64,000 nucleotides of DNA from an uncultured Pseudomonadota bacterium. Its GTDB lineage: Bacteria > Pseudomonadota > Gammaproteobacteria > Acidiferrobacterales > UBA6901. This document shows, in pieces, positions 11,922-21,479 of this stretch (its first letter is position 1; each line of letters opens with the position of its first letter). Position numbers and translations under genes: made by a program. The stretch covers positions 149,466-213,465 of the forward strand of contig CAVOQN010000002.1 in assembly GCA_963698375.1 (NCBI GenBank), read 5' to 3'. The notes beneath the pieces are model-generated. The model was not told the origin of the DNA, ran no database searches, and saw nothing but the letters and a program-made list of their open reading frames with translations.

Positions 11922-13844
11922 CCTCCGAAACAGAAATGCCGTGACTCGCGACCTCGGTGGTGAGCCGTTCCAGAAACGCACTTGGCGTCATGGAACCCAG
12001 ATCATCCCCGCTGCGCGTGCGCACGGCCAATCTACCTTCCTGCGCTTCCCGCTCGCCGATGACCAGCAGATAGGGTGCGCGCTGCAAGGTATGTTCGCGG
12101 ATTTTAAAGCCTATTTTTTCGTTTCTCAAGTCCGCTTCGGCTTTAAAGCCGGCTTTTAGGAGGAATTTCTCAATTTCCCGGGCATATTCGGCCTGTTTGT
12201 CAGTGATGGTGAGCACCACGGCCTGTACCGGGGCAAGCCAGACCGGGAAAGCCCCGGCATACTCTTCAATCAAGATTCCGATAAACCGTTCCAGCGAGCC
12301 AAATACCGCCCGATGCAGCATGACAGGCACCTGTTTGCTGCCATCGGCGGCAATATAGTGGGCACCGAGCCGGCCCGGCATGGAGAAATCCACCTGAATG
12401 GTGCCACACTGCCAGATCCGGCCGATTGAATCCTTGAGCGAGAACTCGATCTTCGGCCCGTAGAACGCCCCCTCCCCCGGCTGCAGATCCCAAGGCAGGT
12501 TTTTGCTGTTCAGGGCCTGCTCCAGGGCATGCTCGGCCTTGTCCCAGGCCTCGTCCGAACCGATACGGTTCACTGGCCGGGTCGAAAGCTTGTACTGGAC
12601 CTCCTTGAAGCCGAAGTCGGCATAGACCTTGTGCAGCAGGTCAATGAACGTCGCCACCTCGGACTGAATCTGGTCCTCGCTGCAGAAGATGTGTGCATCA
12701 TCCTGGGTAAAACCACGCACGCGCATCAGACCATGCAGGGCACCGGACTGCTCGTTGCGGTGACACGAACCGAACTCGGCCAGTCGTAATGGCAGCTCGC
12801 GGTAACTCTTCAGGCCCTGGTTGTAGATTTGGATGTGGCACGGACAGTTCATCGGCTTGACGGCGAACGTGCGTTTCTCCGACTCAGTCGTGAACATGTC
12901 GTCGTGGAATTTTTCCCAGTGACCGGACTTCTCCCACAGGCTGCGGTCCACGAGCTGCGGCGTGCGGATCTCCTGGTAGCCGCTGGCACGCCACAGATCG
13001 CTCATGTAACGCTGGATGGTCTGGTAGATGCGCCAGCCACGCTCGTGCCAGAACACCATGCCCGGCGCCTCTTCCTGCATATGGAACAGGGCAAGGGCCT
13101 TGCCGATCTTGCGGTGATCGCGCTTCTCGGCCTCCTCCAGGCGGTGCAAATAGGCATCAAGCGACTTCTTGTCGCCCCAGGCGGTGCCGTAGATTCGTTG
13201 CAGCATCTCGTTGCGAGAATCGCCTCGCCAGTAGGCACCGGCGACCTTCATAAGCCGGAAGGCCTTGAGCTTGCCGGTAGAAGGGACATGCGGACCACGG
13301 CACAAATCCTCGAATTCGCCCTGACGGTAGAGCGAGATCTGCTCACCCTGCGGGATGTCCTCGATGATCTTGGCCTTGTACTCCTCACCCAAGCTGCGGA
13401 AATAAGCGACCGCCTCGTCGCGCGGCAACACACGCCGGCTCACCGGAAGATCGCTCTTGGCAAGTTCCAGCATTTTTGTCTCGATCGCACGCAGGTCTTC
13501 TTCGGCGAAACCGCGCTTGTAGGCGAAGTCGTAGTAGAAACCATCCTCGATCACCGGACCAATGGTGACCTGAGCATCCGGATAGAGCGCCTTCACTGCC
13601 TGCGCCAGCAGATGCGCCGTCGAGTGGCGAATAATCTCGAGGCCGTCCGGATCGCGTTCGGTGATGATTGCAACTTGGGCGTCGCTTTCAATGCGGAATG
13701 ACAAATCCACGAGCCGGCCATTGACCTTGCCGGCCAGAGCAGCCTTGGCGAGGCCGGGACCGATAGCGAGGGCAAGTTCGGCAACCGTACTACAGGCTGG
13801 GAGAATTCACGGTGACTGCCGTCCGGCAACGTAATGACTGGCAT
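11917..13844 (-). pseudogene. thrS: threonine--tRNA ligase; one frameshift near 13790
   Basis: The N-terminus [18 protein letters not shown] (TGS domain) is in ORF 13593..13904. The rest ([30 protein letters not shown] ... class II core ... anticodon-binding domain) is in ORF 11917..13710. Confidence 0.9.
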
Positions 13845-14012
13845 GGAAAATACCCTTTTTTTCAGTGGCGACCGATACGAAGGGCCGCGTAAAACCGGGG
13901 CCAAACCTTGAATAAAGGCACGCCTACACTAAAGTCCATCGTGCCAAGAACAGCGCCTGGAAAATAGCCATTTAACAAAGCGCCCCGGGCTTTAAACCGG
14001 AGCGCAGTAATC

Positions 14013-14087
14013 TGGTAGGCGCGAGTGGGATCGAACCACCGACCACACCCATGTCAAGGGTGTGCTCTACCACTGAGCTACGCGCCT
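14013..14087 (-). tRNA. tRNA-Val (anticodon GAC)
   Basis: The reverse complement reads AGGCGCGTAGCTCAGTGGTAGAGCACACCCTTGACATGGGTGTGGTCGGTGGTTCGATCCCACTCGCGCCTACCA. It forms a 75-nt cloverleaf with anticodon loop TTGACAT. Confidence 0.9.
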
Positions 14088-14154
14088 AGGAAAGGCGCGC
14101 AAAATACCATAACTCAGCGGCCGGTCACAAGAACGTGACCGGCGGCGGCTGGAA

Positions 14155-15137
14155 TCAATTCTTAACAGTTTTGCGTTTGGACTTGCTGTCAGCCGGTTCG
14201 GCAACATGGAAACGGTTGTTTATCGCCTTGTTCTGCTGGTCAAGATAGGTGAGCCACAGCCCGACGGCATCTTCATACGGAACCGTACCGGCTTTGCGCA
14301 TGATCGCCTTACCCTCTTCGCTCGAGACGAAATGCACAAATTTTGCGACCTCAGGATTCTTCTCCTGAAGGTTGGTCACGATGTACAGTGGTCGATAGAG
14401 CACATACTGTCCGGTACTGATGTTCTCGTAATTCGATTCCTTGCCATCAAGCTTCAGTATCTTGGCGGTTTTGTTTTTCTACCAGCTTGCGTGCGCTGCT
14501 GACGCCGGTAGTGCCGATACCGTTCGGTTCGTTGCCATTGCTTTCTCAAGTGGTCCGGTAGAAGGGACAACATGGGTGGCAACAAACTCTTCCTCATAGT
14601 TGTAAAATAACAGCTCGCGTAACGTGCGCCCCACTCCGGAAATCTTGCCTTTGCGCGCATAAAGCTCGATCGGCGCATCATTGCCACCAAGTTCCTTCCA
14701 GTTGGTGATCTGACCCTTGTACAGTTTACGCAACTGCTCGCTCGAGATTGTGTCTACCGGATTATCTTTATGGGTAATCACCACCAACGCATCCCAAGCC
14801 ACCGGAGTGAGCTGGACGCGTCGCTCATCCGGGTGCGTCATCGGCGAGCCTTCCTTCTCGATCACATGCCGACATGTGCCGCCAATGTCGGTTGTTGTGA
14901 TGAAACCTGGCGAATGCCTTTGGTCGCGCCACCACCAATCAGATCAATTTTTATACCGGTCTTTTTTTCATAGGCAGCGGCCATTTCACCCATGAAGGCG
15001 CTCTTCGAGATGCCGCATCCCGCCCAGCTCAATTTCTTGTTGTCCTGTGGTGTTGCCGCCAGCAGCGACGACATGTTTACAAGTAACAACAGCGTGCTGA
15101 CAGCAGTGGCCAGCAGGGTCTTCGGGACAGCATTCAT
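14155..15137 (-). pseudogene. PstS-family (PBP-like) phosphate-binding periplasmic protein; at least 2-3 frameshifts
   Basis: Signal peptide MNAVPKTLLATAVSTLLLLVNMSSLLAA (Met at 15137). Further segments: GGGATKGI, AWDALVVITHKDNPVDTISSEQLRKLYKGQITNWKELGG and LYRPLYIVTNLQEKNPEVAKFVHFVSSEEGKAIMRKAG. These are spread over ORFs 14862..15209, 14479..14865 and 14155..14403. Confidence 0.65.
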
Positions 15138-15517
15138 GAGTTGAACCTCTTCGGTTATGAATGACCGTCCCTGGCCGATACTCCCATCGTGTGATATTTT
15201 TATAAGCATAGTCTATGCCTGCATCTGCCAGTAATTTAGCATACGATAAAATTCCAATATTCCAGTGCTGGCGCGGGATATCGAAAGCGATATGAAAAAA
15301 TTAAGCGAAACACCTCCTGCTACGACACGCTCAAAGCACTGTCTACCCACCCCTGACCTCGGCGGCGTCAGGTATCCCGCTTGTTGGCATGACTGCAGTT
15401 CAGTCAGGCTTCGATCTGGGCGTACTGATCACCGAACGTTGCCACTTCCTTTTTTGGTAAATGGTGCGCAGTAAACCTGGATGCATTGATTGCTTCTGAC
15501 TGTGCATTGGCAACGAT

Positions 15518-15543
15518 GGCAGGGTTGCAAATCCCTGCCTTTT
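15518..15543 (+). terminator. hairpin + T-tract, terminator-like on the + strand
   Basis: GGCAGGG-TTGCAAAT-CCCTGCC followed by TTTTGG. There is no T-tract on the opposite strand. Confidence 0.4.
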
Positions 15544-15616
15544 GGAACTCAACCGTGAATACGATGCGCAAGTGCAGCGTGACTTGCGGGCACTGATCCT
15601 GCAGGGTAAATCTGAT

Positions 15617-17644
15617 TTATCTGTTTACGGCGCCCTTAATCAAGCCGAAGTTGCCCGCCTTAATCGCCGAAATTTTGTTCCGCAACGCTGCAGCCTGCTC
15701 GAATTCAAGATTACGTGCATGTGCGTACATTTGTTTTTCCAGCTTGTTGAGCGTACGCGCCAGCGCATCTGGCGAAAGCAATTCATATTCTGCCGCTTCC
15801 TCGGCTGCCAGCAGCACAGTGGGCTCTTTTTGTCCGGGTCGTGCATAGGCCACACCATCGATAATATCCTTTACGCCCTTGATAATGCCTACTGGAGTAA
15901 TACCATGCGTCAGGTTATAGGCAACCTGTTTCGAACGCCGGCGTTCAGTTTCGTCGATCGCCGCACGCATGGAATCGGTGATTCGATCAGCATACATGAT
16001 CGCTCGACCGCTCAGGTGTCGCGCGGCACGGCCAATGGTCTGAATGAGTGAGCGCTTCGAACGCAGGAAACCTTCCTTGTCGGCATCCAGAATCGCGACC
16101 AGCGACACCTCTGGCAGGTCCAGTCCTTCGCGCAACAGGTTGATGCCGACCAGCACATCGAACAACCCAGTGCGCAGGTCGCGGAGAATTTCAACGCGCT
16201 CCACGGTGTCGATGTCTGAATGCAGATAGCGCACCTTCACCTCGTGCTCAGCATAGTACTCCGTCAGGTCTTCGGCCATACGTTTGGTCAGCGTTGTGAC
16301 CAGCACGCGTTCGTTCAACGCGACACGTTTACGAATCTCGGACAACAGATCATCCACCTGCGTAGTGACTGGCCGCACTTCCACTTCCGGATCGACCAGC
16401 CCTGTCGGGCGAACCACAAGATCGATGGTGCCGCTGGAGTGTTCAAGTTCATACGGGCCAGGCGTCGCAGACGTGAATATGGCCTGAGGAATCAGCGCTT
16501 CGAATTCATTGAACATGAGCGGCCGATTATCCAGTGCCGAGGGCAAGCGGAAACCATACTCGACCAGCGTCGTTTTCCGGGAACGGTCGCCTTTGTACAT
16601 GGCACCGAGTTGCGGCACGGTAACATGGCTTTCGTCGATCACCAGCAGCGCATCCTTCGGCAGGTAATCAATCAGTGTCGGCGGCGGCGAGCCAGGCGCG
16701 CGCCCGGACAGGTAGCGCGAGTAGTTTTCTATCCCCGGACAATAACCGACTTCCTGAAGCATCTCGATATCGAGGCGCGTACGACTCTCCAGGCGTTGTG
16801 CCTCAACCAGCTTATTGACGGAGTTCAGATCGGCCAGGCGTTGGCGCAACTCGTCCTTGATCGATTCCATGGCACCAAGGATGGTTTCACGCGCCGTCAC
16901 ATAATGTGACGAAGGATAGATGGTCGCGCGCGTAAGCTTGTTCACCACCTCTCCGGTTAGTGGATCAAATTCGCTTAAACCATCTATCTCCTCGCCGAAC
17001 AAACTGATACGAATTGCAAACCGTTCGGATTCGGCCGGGAAGACATCAATCACGTCACCGCGAACCCGGAACGTGGCGCGGTGCAGCTCGACATCGTTGC
17101 GCGTGTACTGCAGCTCGGTGAGCCGCTTGAGGACGGCGCGTTGGTCCATGATACCGCCAACCCGCAAGTGCAAAATCATGCCGTGGTAGGCCTCGGGATC
17201 GCCAAGGCCATAGATTGCCGAAACCGTCGCGACGATCACCGTGTCGTGGCGCTCGAGCAGCGCCTTGGTGGCGGACAGGCGCATCTGTTCGATATGTTCA
17301 TTGATCGAGGCATCCTTCTCGATGTAGGTGTCGGAGGACGGGACATAGGCCTCCGGCTGGTAGTAGTCGTAATAAGAGACGAAATATTCGACCGCGTTGT
17401 GCGGAAAGAAATCACGCATTTCCGAATAGAGCTGAGCCGCGAGTGTCTTGTTCGGTGCCAGAATCAGCGTTGGCCGCTGCAGTTGTGCAATCACATTCGC
17501 AATGGTGAAGGTCTTGCCCGAACCTGTAACGCCAAGCAGGGTCTGGAAGGCTTCGCCTGAGCGCAGGCCGTCAACCAGCGCACGAATGGCCGTCGGCTGG
17601 TCGCCGGCGGGCTGGAACGGGCTCTCGAGTCGGAAATCGTTCAT
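15617..17644 (-). CDS. uvrB: excinuclease ABC subunit B
   Basis: The start is taken at the internal Met at 17644 ([26 protein letters not shown]...[10 protein letters not shown]), giving 675 aa. Helicase motifs are present, and the C-terminal UVR domain is [13 protein letters not shown]. Confidence 0.95.
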   Translation of the reverse strand: MNDFRLESPFQPAGDQPTAIRALVDGLRSGEAFQTLLGVTGSGKTFTIANVIAQLQRPTLILAPNKTLAAQLYSEMRDFFPHNAVEYFVSYYDYYQPEAYVPSSDTYIEKDASINEHIEQMRLSATKALLERHDTVIVATVSAIYGLGDPEAYHGMILHLRVGGIMDQRAVLKRLTELQYTRNDVELHRATFRVRGDVIDVFPAESERFAIRISLFGEEIDGLSEFDPLTGEVVNKLTRATIYPSSHYVTARETILGAMESIKDELRQRLADLNSVNKLVEAQRLESRTRLDIEMLQEVGYCPGIENYSRYLSGRAPGSPPPTLIDYLPKDALLVIDESHVTVPQLGAMYKGDRSRKTTLVEYGFRLPSALDNRPLMFNEFEALIPQAIFTSATPGPYELEHSSGTIDLVVRPTGLVDPEVEVRPVTTQVDDLLSEIRKRVALNERVLVTTLTKRMAEDLTEYYAEHEVKVRYLHSDIDTVERVEILRDLRTGLFDVLVGINLLREGLDLPEVSLVAILDADKEGFLRSKRSLIQTIGRAARHLSGRAIMYADRITDSMRAAIDETERRRSKQVAYNLTHGITPVGIIKGVKDIIDGVAYARPGQKEPTVLLAAEEAAEYELLSPDALARTLNKLEKQMYAHARNLEFEQAAALRNKISAIKAGNFGLIKGAVNR

Positions 17645-17740
17645 GGACTTTGGTTGGGACGTGCTTGCAGGTATATTACCGCGGCTATAGAAAGCAGGCC
17701 TGAAAAAAATCCATATTTTTACAGCATCCAGGAACAAACG

Positions 17741-18940
17741 TTGAACACAATCCGCCTTGCCGCCCGTGTCGGCCGCATCAAGCCCTCCCCCACTCTCGCC
17801 GTCGAGGCCCGTGCCAAGGAACTCAAGGCGCAGGGCAAGGACGTCATCTCGCTTGGCGCCGGCGAGCCCGATTTCGACACCCCGGAACATATAAAAGAAG
17901 CCGCGATTCGCGCAATACGCGAGGGTTTCACGAAATACACCGCCGTGGACGGTACGCCGTCGCTCAAGCAGGCCGTGATCGACAAATTCAAACGCGACAA
18001 CGGCCTCGACTATACCCCCGACCAGATTCTGGTGTCGGTCGGCGGCAAGCAGAGTTTCTTCAACCTCGCCCAGGCGTTGCTCGAAAAGGGTGACGAAGTA
18101 GTGATCCCGGCACCTTACTGGGTCTCCTATCCGGACATGGTGCTGCTCGCCGATGGTACACCGGTGATCATTTCGACCGGCATCCAGCGGGGCTACAAAA
18201 TCACGCCTGAACAGCTCGATGCCGTGATCGGCTTCCAGACCAAGCTCGTGGTCATCAACAGTCCCTCCAATCCGACCGGCGCGGTGTACGCGCGCAAGGA
18301 ACTGGAGGCACTGGGCGAGGTGCTGCGCAAATACCCGGATGTGCTGATCGCCACCGACGACATGTATGAGCATATCCTCTGGACCGACGATGCGTTCTGC
18401 AACATCGTGAATGCCTGCCCGGACCTGAAGGGCCGAACCATCGTTCTGAACGGCGTCTCCAAGGCCTACGCGATGACCGGCTGGCGCATAGGCTACTGCG
18501 CTGGCCCGAAAACGCTGATCGCAGCCATGAAGAAAGTGCAATCGCAAAGCACCTCGAATCCGGCCTCCATCGCCCAGGTCGCTGCCGAAGCGGCACTCAA
18601 CGGTGATCAGACCTGCATGACGCCGATGGTACGCGCCTTCCGTGAACGCCACGACCACGTGGTTATGCGCCTCAACCAGTTGCGCGGCGTACGTTGCCTG
18701 CCAGGGAGTGGCACGTTCTACGCCTTCGCGCTATTCAAAGACGCTATCGCCAATTTCGATGGCATTGCCAACGATGTGGACATGGCCGAGCTGATACTGA
18801 ATGAAGCAGGGGTTGCGTTAGTGCCCGGTTCGGCGTTCGGTACAGAGGGCTATATGCGTCTGTCGTTCGCTACCAGCATGGAGAAACTGGATCTGGCGCT
18901 TGACCGTCTCGAGAAACTTCTCGGCCGCGCCGACACCTGA
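17741..18940 (+). CDS. aspartate aminotransferase-type class I PLP enzyme
   Basis: [63 protein letters not shown]. The start is uncertain. I chose TTG 17741 (about 399 aa) because the tracked start at 17654 lies 10 nt from the uvrB start. Confidence 0.85.
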   Translation: MNTIRLAARVGRIKPSPTLAVEARAKELKAQGKDVISLGAGEPDFDTPEHIKEAAIRAIREGFTKYTAVDGTPSLKQAVIDKFKRDNGLDYTPDQILVSVGGKQSFFNLAQALLEKGDEVVIPAPYWVSYPDMVLLADGTPVIISTGIQRGYKITPEQLDAVIGFQTKLVVINSPSNPTGAVYARKELEALGEVLRKYPDVLIATDDMYEHILWTDDAFCNIVNACPDLKGRTIVLNGVSKAYAMTGWRIGYCAGPKTLIAAMKKVQSQSTSNPASIAQVAAEAALNGDQTCMTPMVRAFRERHDHVVMRLNQLRGVRCLPGSGTFYAFALFKDAIANFDGIANDVDMAELILNEAGVALVPGSAFGTEGYMRLSFATSMEKLDLALDRLEKLLGRADT

Positions 18941-18968
18941 ACTCTGACGAGAGTTACAGTACCTGAAA

Positions 18969-18994
18969 GCAAATACCGGGAGTATTTGCTTATT
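18969..18994 (+). terminator. terminator-like hairpin after the aminotransferase gene
   Basis: GCAAATAC-CGGGA-GTATTTGC followed by TTATT. Confidence 0.45.
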
Positions 18995-19125
18995 GGCTGT
19001 GCGACATAATAGTATTTCGAAGATCAGAGGCTGATGCGCACTTTGCCAACGGCTTCGACCTGAAGGATCAGGGACACTACTCCAGGATTAACTGGGGGTG
19101 GTTTTTTTCAAGGGAGTGAGCCAAC

Positions 19126-19728
19126 GTGAAGAATTCATGTCAGCCATCTGTTTTTCGCTTACAAAAATATCAGCTTCCGAAATATGAGCGCGCTTTCAGC
19201 CTGTACGATGCACTCGTAGCCCTGACAGTCATCAGCACAATCGCGACTGTTGCAGTTCCATCATTTCGGCACCTTCTCATCAGCCAACGCATGACGGGCG
19301 CAATCAATTCGCTGGTCACGGGGCTACACCTGGCACGCAGCGAAGCCATCAAACGCCGTAAACATGCCGTTCTCTGCCCAAGTGTTGATGGTCGCACGTG
19401 CCACAATGGTGGCAGCAGTCGTACAGTCTGGGAAAAAGGTTACCTGCTCTATATCGACCAAAACGGCAACCGTACATTTGATGCTGACGAATTAGCGGTC
19501 CGATTGTTTGACGCCACGGCGGATTTACACATCCGCTCCAGCGCTGGCCGTGATCATGTTACTTATCGGCCAAACGGCATGGCCTCAGGCACCAATCTCA
19601 CCATCACGTTCTGTGACAAGCATGGTCGTGGCATCCCGCGAGCAGTGATCGTTTCCAACAGTGGCCGACCGCGCGTATCGACCCGCAACGCAAGCGGTAG
19701 CGCCATTTACTGTCCATCGGCATCCTGA
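19126..19728 (+). CDS. GspH/FimT-family type IV minor pseudopilin, atypical prepilin motif
   Basis: A hydrophobic N-terminal helix, FSLYDALVALTVISTIATVAVPSF, is followed by INSLVTGLHLARSEAIKRRKHAVLCPS and a beta-rich C-terminal part, as in FimT/FimU/GspH. The site reads RA|FSLYD instead of the canonical G|FTLIE. Confidence 0.55.
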   Translation: MKNSCQPSVFRLQKYQLPKYERAFSLYDALVALTVISTIATVAVPSFRHLLISQRMTGAINSLVTGLHLARSEAIKRRKHAVLCPSVDGRTCHNGGSSRTVWEKGYLLYIDQNGNRTFDADELAVRLFDATADLHIRSSAGRDHVTYRPNGMASGTNLTITFCDKHGRGIPRAVIVSNSGRPRVSTRNASGSAIYCPSAS

Positions 19729-19829
19729 AAGAACCTTCAAAACCGTCTTGACCCTCCCGGGAGCGGCCAGTACCATACGCGCCTCCCGCATTTAGGGAAT
19801 GCACGCTTGCACAACAGTAGCCATTTTCT

Positions 19830-19905
<76 letters not shown>

Positions 19906-19925
19906 ATACAGAAGTAATCCAGGAA

Positions 19926-19955
19926 AGTAATGAGGGGCGAAAGTCCCTCATTACT
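19926..19955. repeat. perfect 11-bp inverted repeat (hairpin) 20 nt after tRNA-Asn
   Basis: AGTAATGAGGG-GCGAAAGT-CCCTCATTACT. There is no clear T-tract. Confidence 0.5.
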
Positions 19956-20243
19956 GTTCATTCCGAAATTTGGCAGAAACATAAAAACTTGAGCTAGCAA
20001 CGCTCAACTGGCTCGATGCCGTGATGGGTATCAGCAAACTGTAGCGTCAACTTCCCTGCAACCTGCAATTCAAGTACCGGCAATAGACTCGGCTTCTGAT
20101 GTGAGCTGATTCACACTTTTGGAAAGAAATTTGTGAGCGGAGTCACATTTCGACGGAAATATTGTGGGGCGAGAGATTTTCATCATCTTCGTGCACTTGC
20201 GCGGCCATTGACGCGCGCGAGTCAACACTTGCTGGCGAAGCGC

Positions 20244-20993
20244 TTACTGTGGGTCTTGTACACTGAATCTGACGAAGGCGCCGAGCGACCCGAGATTAAA
20301 ATCGCCGTACTCCGGATCGCCGTTCATGTCTCGACTGTGTACTCGCCAGAGATAGGCACCGCCCGCTTTAATCAGGCCGTCTGGCAGGTTCACGCGCGGC
20401 TTCGAGAGAAGCGTTGACTGATATATCTGTTTATCGTTATCCCATGCATCATGAACGAATACCTGGTAATACGTCGCATCGGGTACTGGCGCCCACACCA
20501 GTTCACGTGGCGGTACCGGGAGCGTGGCGTCAGCCGCCGGCATCATGCCGGCACTGGCCATGTGAAGTTTCCCTATTTTGATAAGGTCGCGCGCCTGATA
20601 AGTCTGCCCCCCTTTTGTTCGGATCGTCGCGTAATACCAGCCGTCTGTAGCATTCGCAGAAACCGGTGTGTCGATAAGATAGATGCGCTTGTCCGGCTTG
20701 CCCGATCGTTTCACCAGTCGATACTGGTCAAGATTGATTTTTCCAAGCAGATCGCCACCTGGTGAAAAGATTTCAATTTTGCCGAGCTGTTCATACTGCG
20801 TGCTCGAAAACAACCACTTGAAGAACAGCGGACGATCCGGCCACAGGCAGACATGCCCATCGAAAAAACCAACCGGGGTGTAATGTGGGTCCGGTAGAGG
20901 CGTGAACATATCCGGCTCTTTCGGCTGTGACGCGGCGCAGCCTGCCAGCATCGTGAGGCACAGGAGAATTCGGAACGGTATGTGGCCTGTCAT
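20244..20993 (-). CDS. hypothetical lipoprotein (no domain I can name)
   Basis: Intact 249-aa ORF with signal peptide and lipobox MTGHIPFRILLCLTMLAGC. An AAGG lies upstream of the ATG, which sits 11 nt after the stop of the upstream gene. Confidence 0.6.
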   Translation of the reverse strand: MTGHIPFRILLCLTMLAGCAASQPKEPDMFTPLPDPHYTPVGFFDGHVCLWPDRPLFFKWLFSSTQYEQLGKIEIFSPGGDLLGKINLDQYRLVKRSGKPDKRIYLIDTPVSANATDGWYYATIRTKGGQTYQARDLIKIGKLHMASAGMMPAADATLPVPPRELVWAPVPDATYYQVFVHDAWDNDKQIYQSTLLSKPRVNLPDGLIKAGGAYLWRVHSRDMNGDPEYGDFNLGSLGAFVRFSVQDPQ

Positions 20994-21004
20994 ACCTTAG
21001 ACGC

Positions 21005-21478
21005 TTACGTGGAAGATCGTCCTTTGACTTCGGCCTCGGTGCTACTGAGGCGGCTGCTTGTGGTTCGCAACAGCAGGCTCAGACCGCGCAACAGGCCAAG
21101 TCCCAGCTCGGGATAGCTCAGCAGCAGGCCACGCAATTTGCCCTTCTCCAGGCTCAGAATGCGTGAGTCCTGCAAGACGTGTGCGGTGGCTGAACGGGGG
21201 AGATTGTCGAGGAGACTCATTTCCCCGAACAGCTCACCGGGACCCAGTGTGCGCAAGAATTCCTGCACCCGCGGATCGGCATGCAGAGAAATGCCGATGT
21301 TTCCGCTTTCCAGGATATAGGCATGATCGCCATGCTCACCGATGTCGAAGATGCGCTCACCCGTAAGATACACCTCCTCTACCAACTCTTCGGCGACCAC
21401 GCGCAAGTACTCCGTGTTGGTCTCGGCAAACAAAGCCGAGCGTTTTAGCAGCAGTACGCGTGCAAACAGATCTGCCAT
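21005..21478 (-). CDS. stand-alone cyclic-nucleotide-binding (CAP/cNMP) domain protein
   Basis: MADLFARVLLLKRSALFAETNTEYLRVVAEEL...GERIFDIGEHGDHAYILESGNIGISL...GPGELFGEMSLLDNLPRSATAHV is the typical cNMP-binding beta-barrel with an FGE...R(S/T)A motif. The ATG lies 1 nt after the TGA of the upstream ORF. Confidence 0.75.
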   Translation of the reverse strand: MADLFARVLLLKRSALFAETNTEYLRVVAEELVEEVYLTGERIFDIGEHGDHAYILESGNIGISLHADPRVQEFLRTLGPGELFGEMSLLDNLPRSATAHVLQDSRILSLEKGKLRGLLLSYPELGLGLLRGLSLLLRTTSSRLSSTEAEVKGRSST

Positions 21479-21479
21479 A

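Noticed and set aside
17645-17740. A LexA/SOS box in the uvrB-aminotransferase divergent promoter region.
   Set aside because: No CTGT-N8-ACAG-type palindrome is present. The only CTG...CAG pair (17699-17723) is spaced by 19 nt.
15617-18658. A 1013-aa version of uvrB with a 338-aa N-terminal extension.
   Set aside because: The extension is antisense to the aspartate aminotransferase gene and has no UvrB similarity. The conserved UvrB N-terminus starts at Met 17644, giving the expected protein of about 675 aa.
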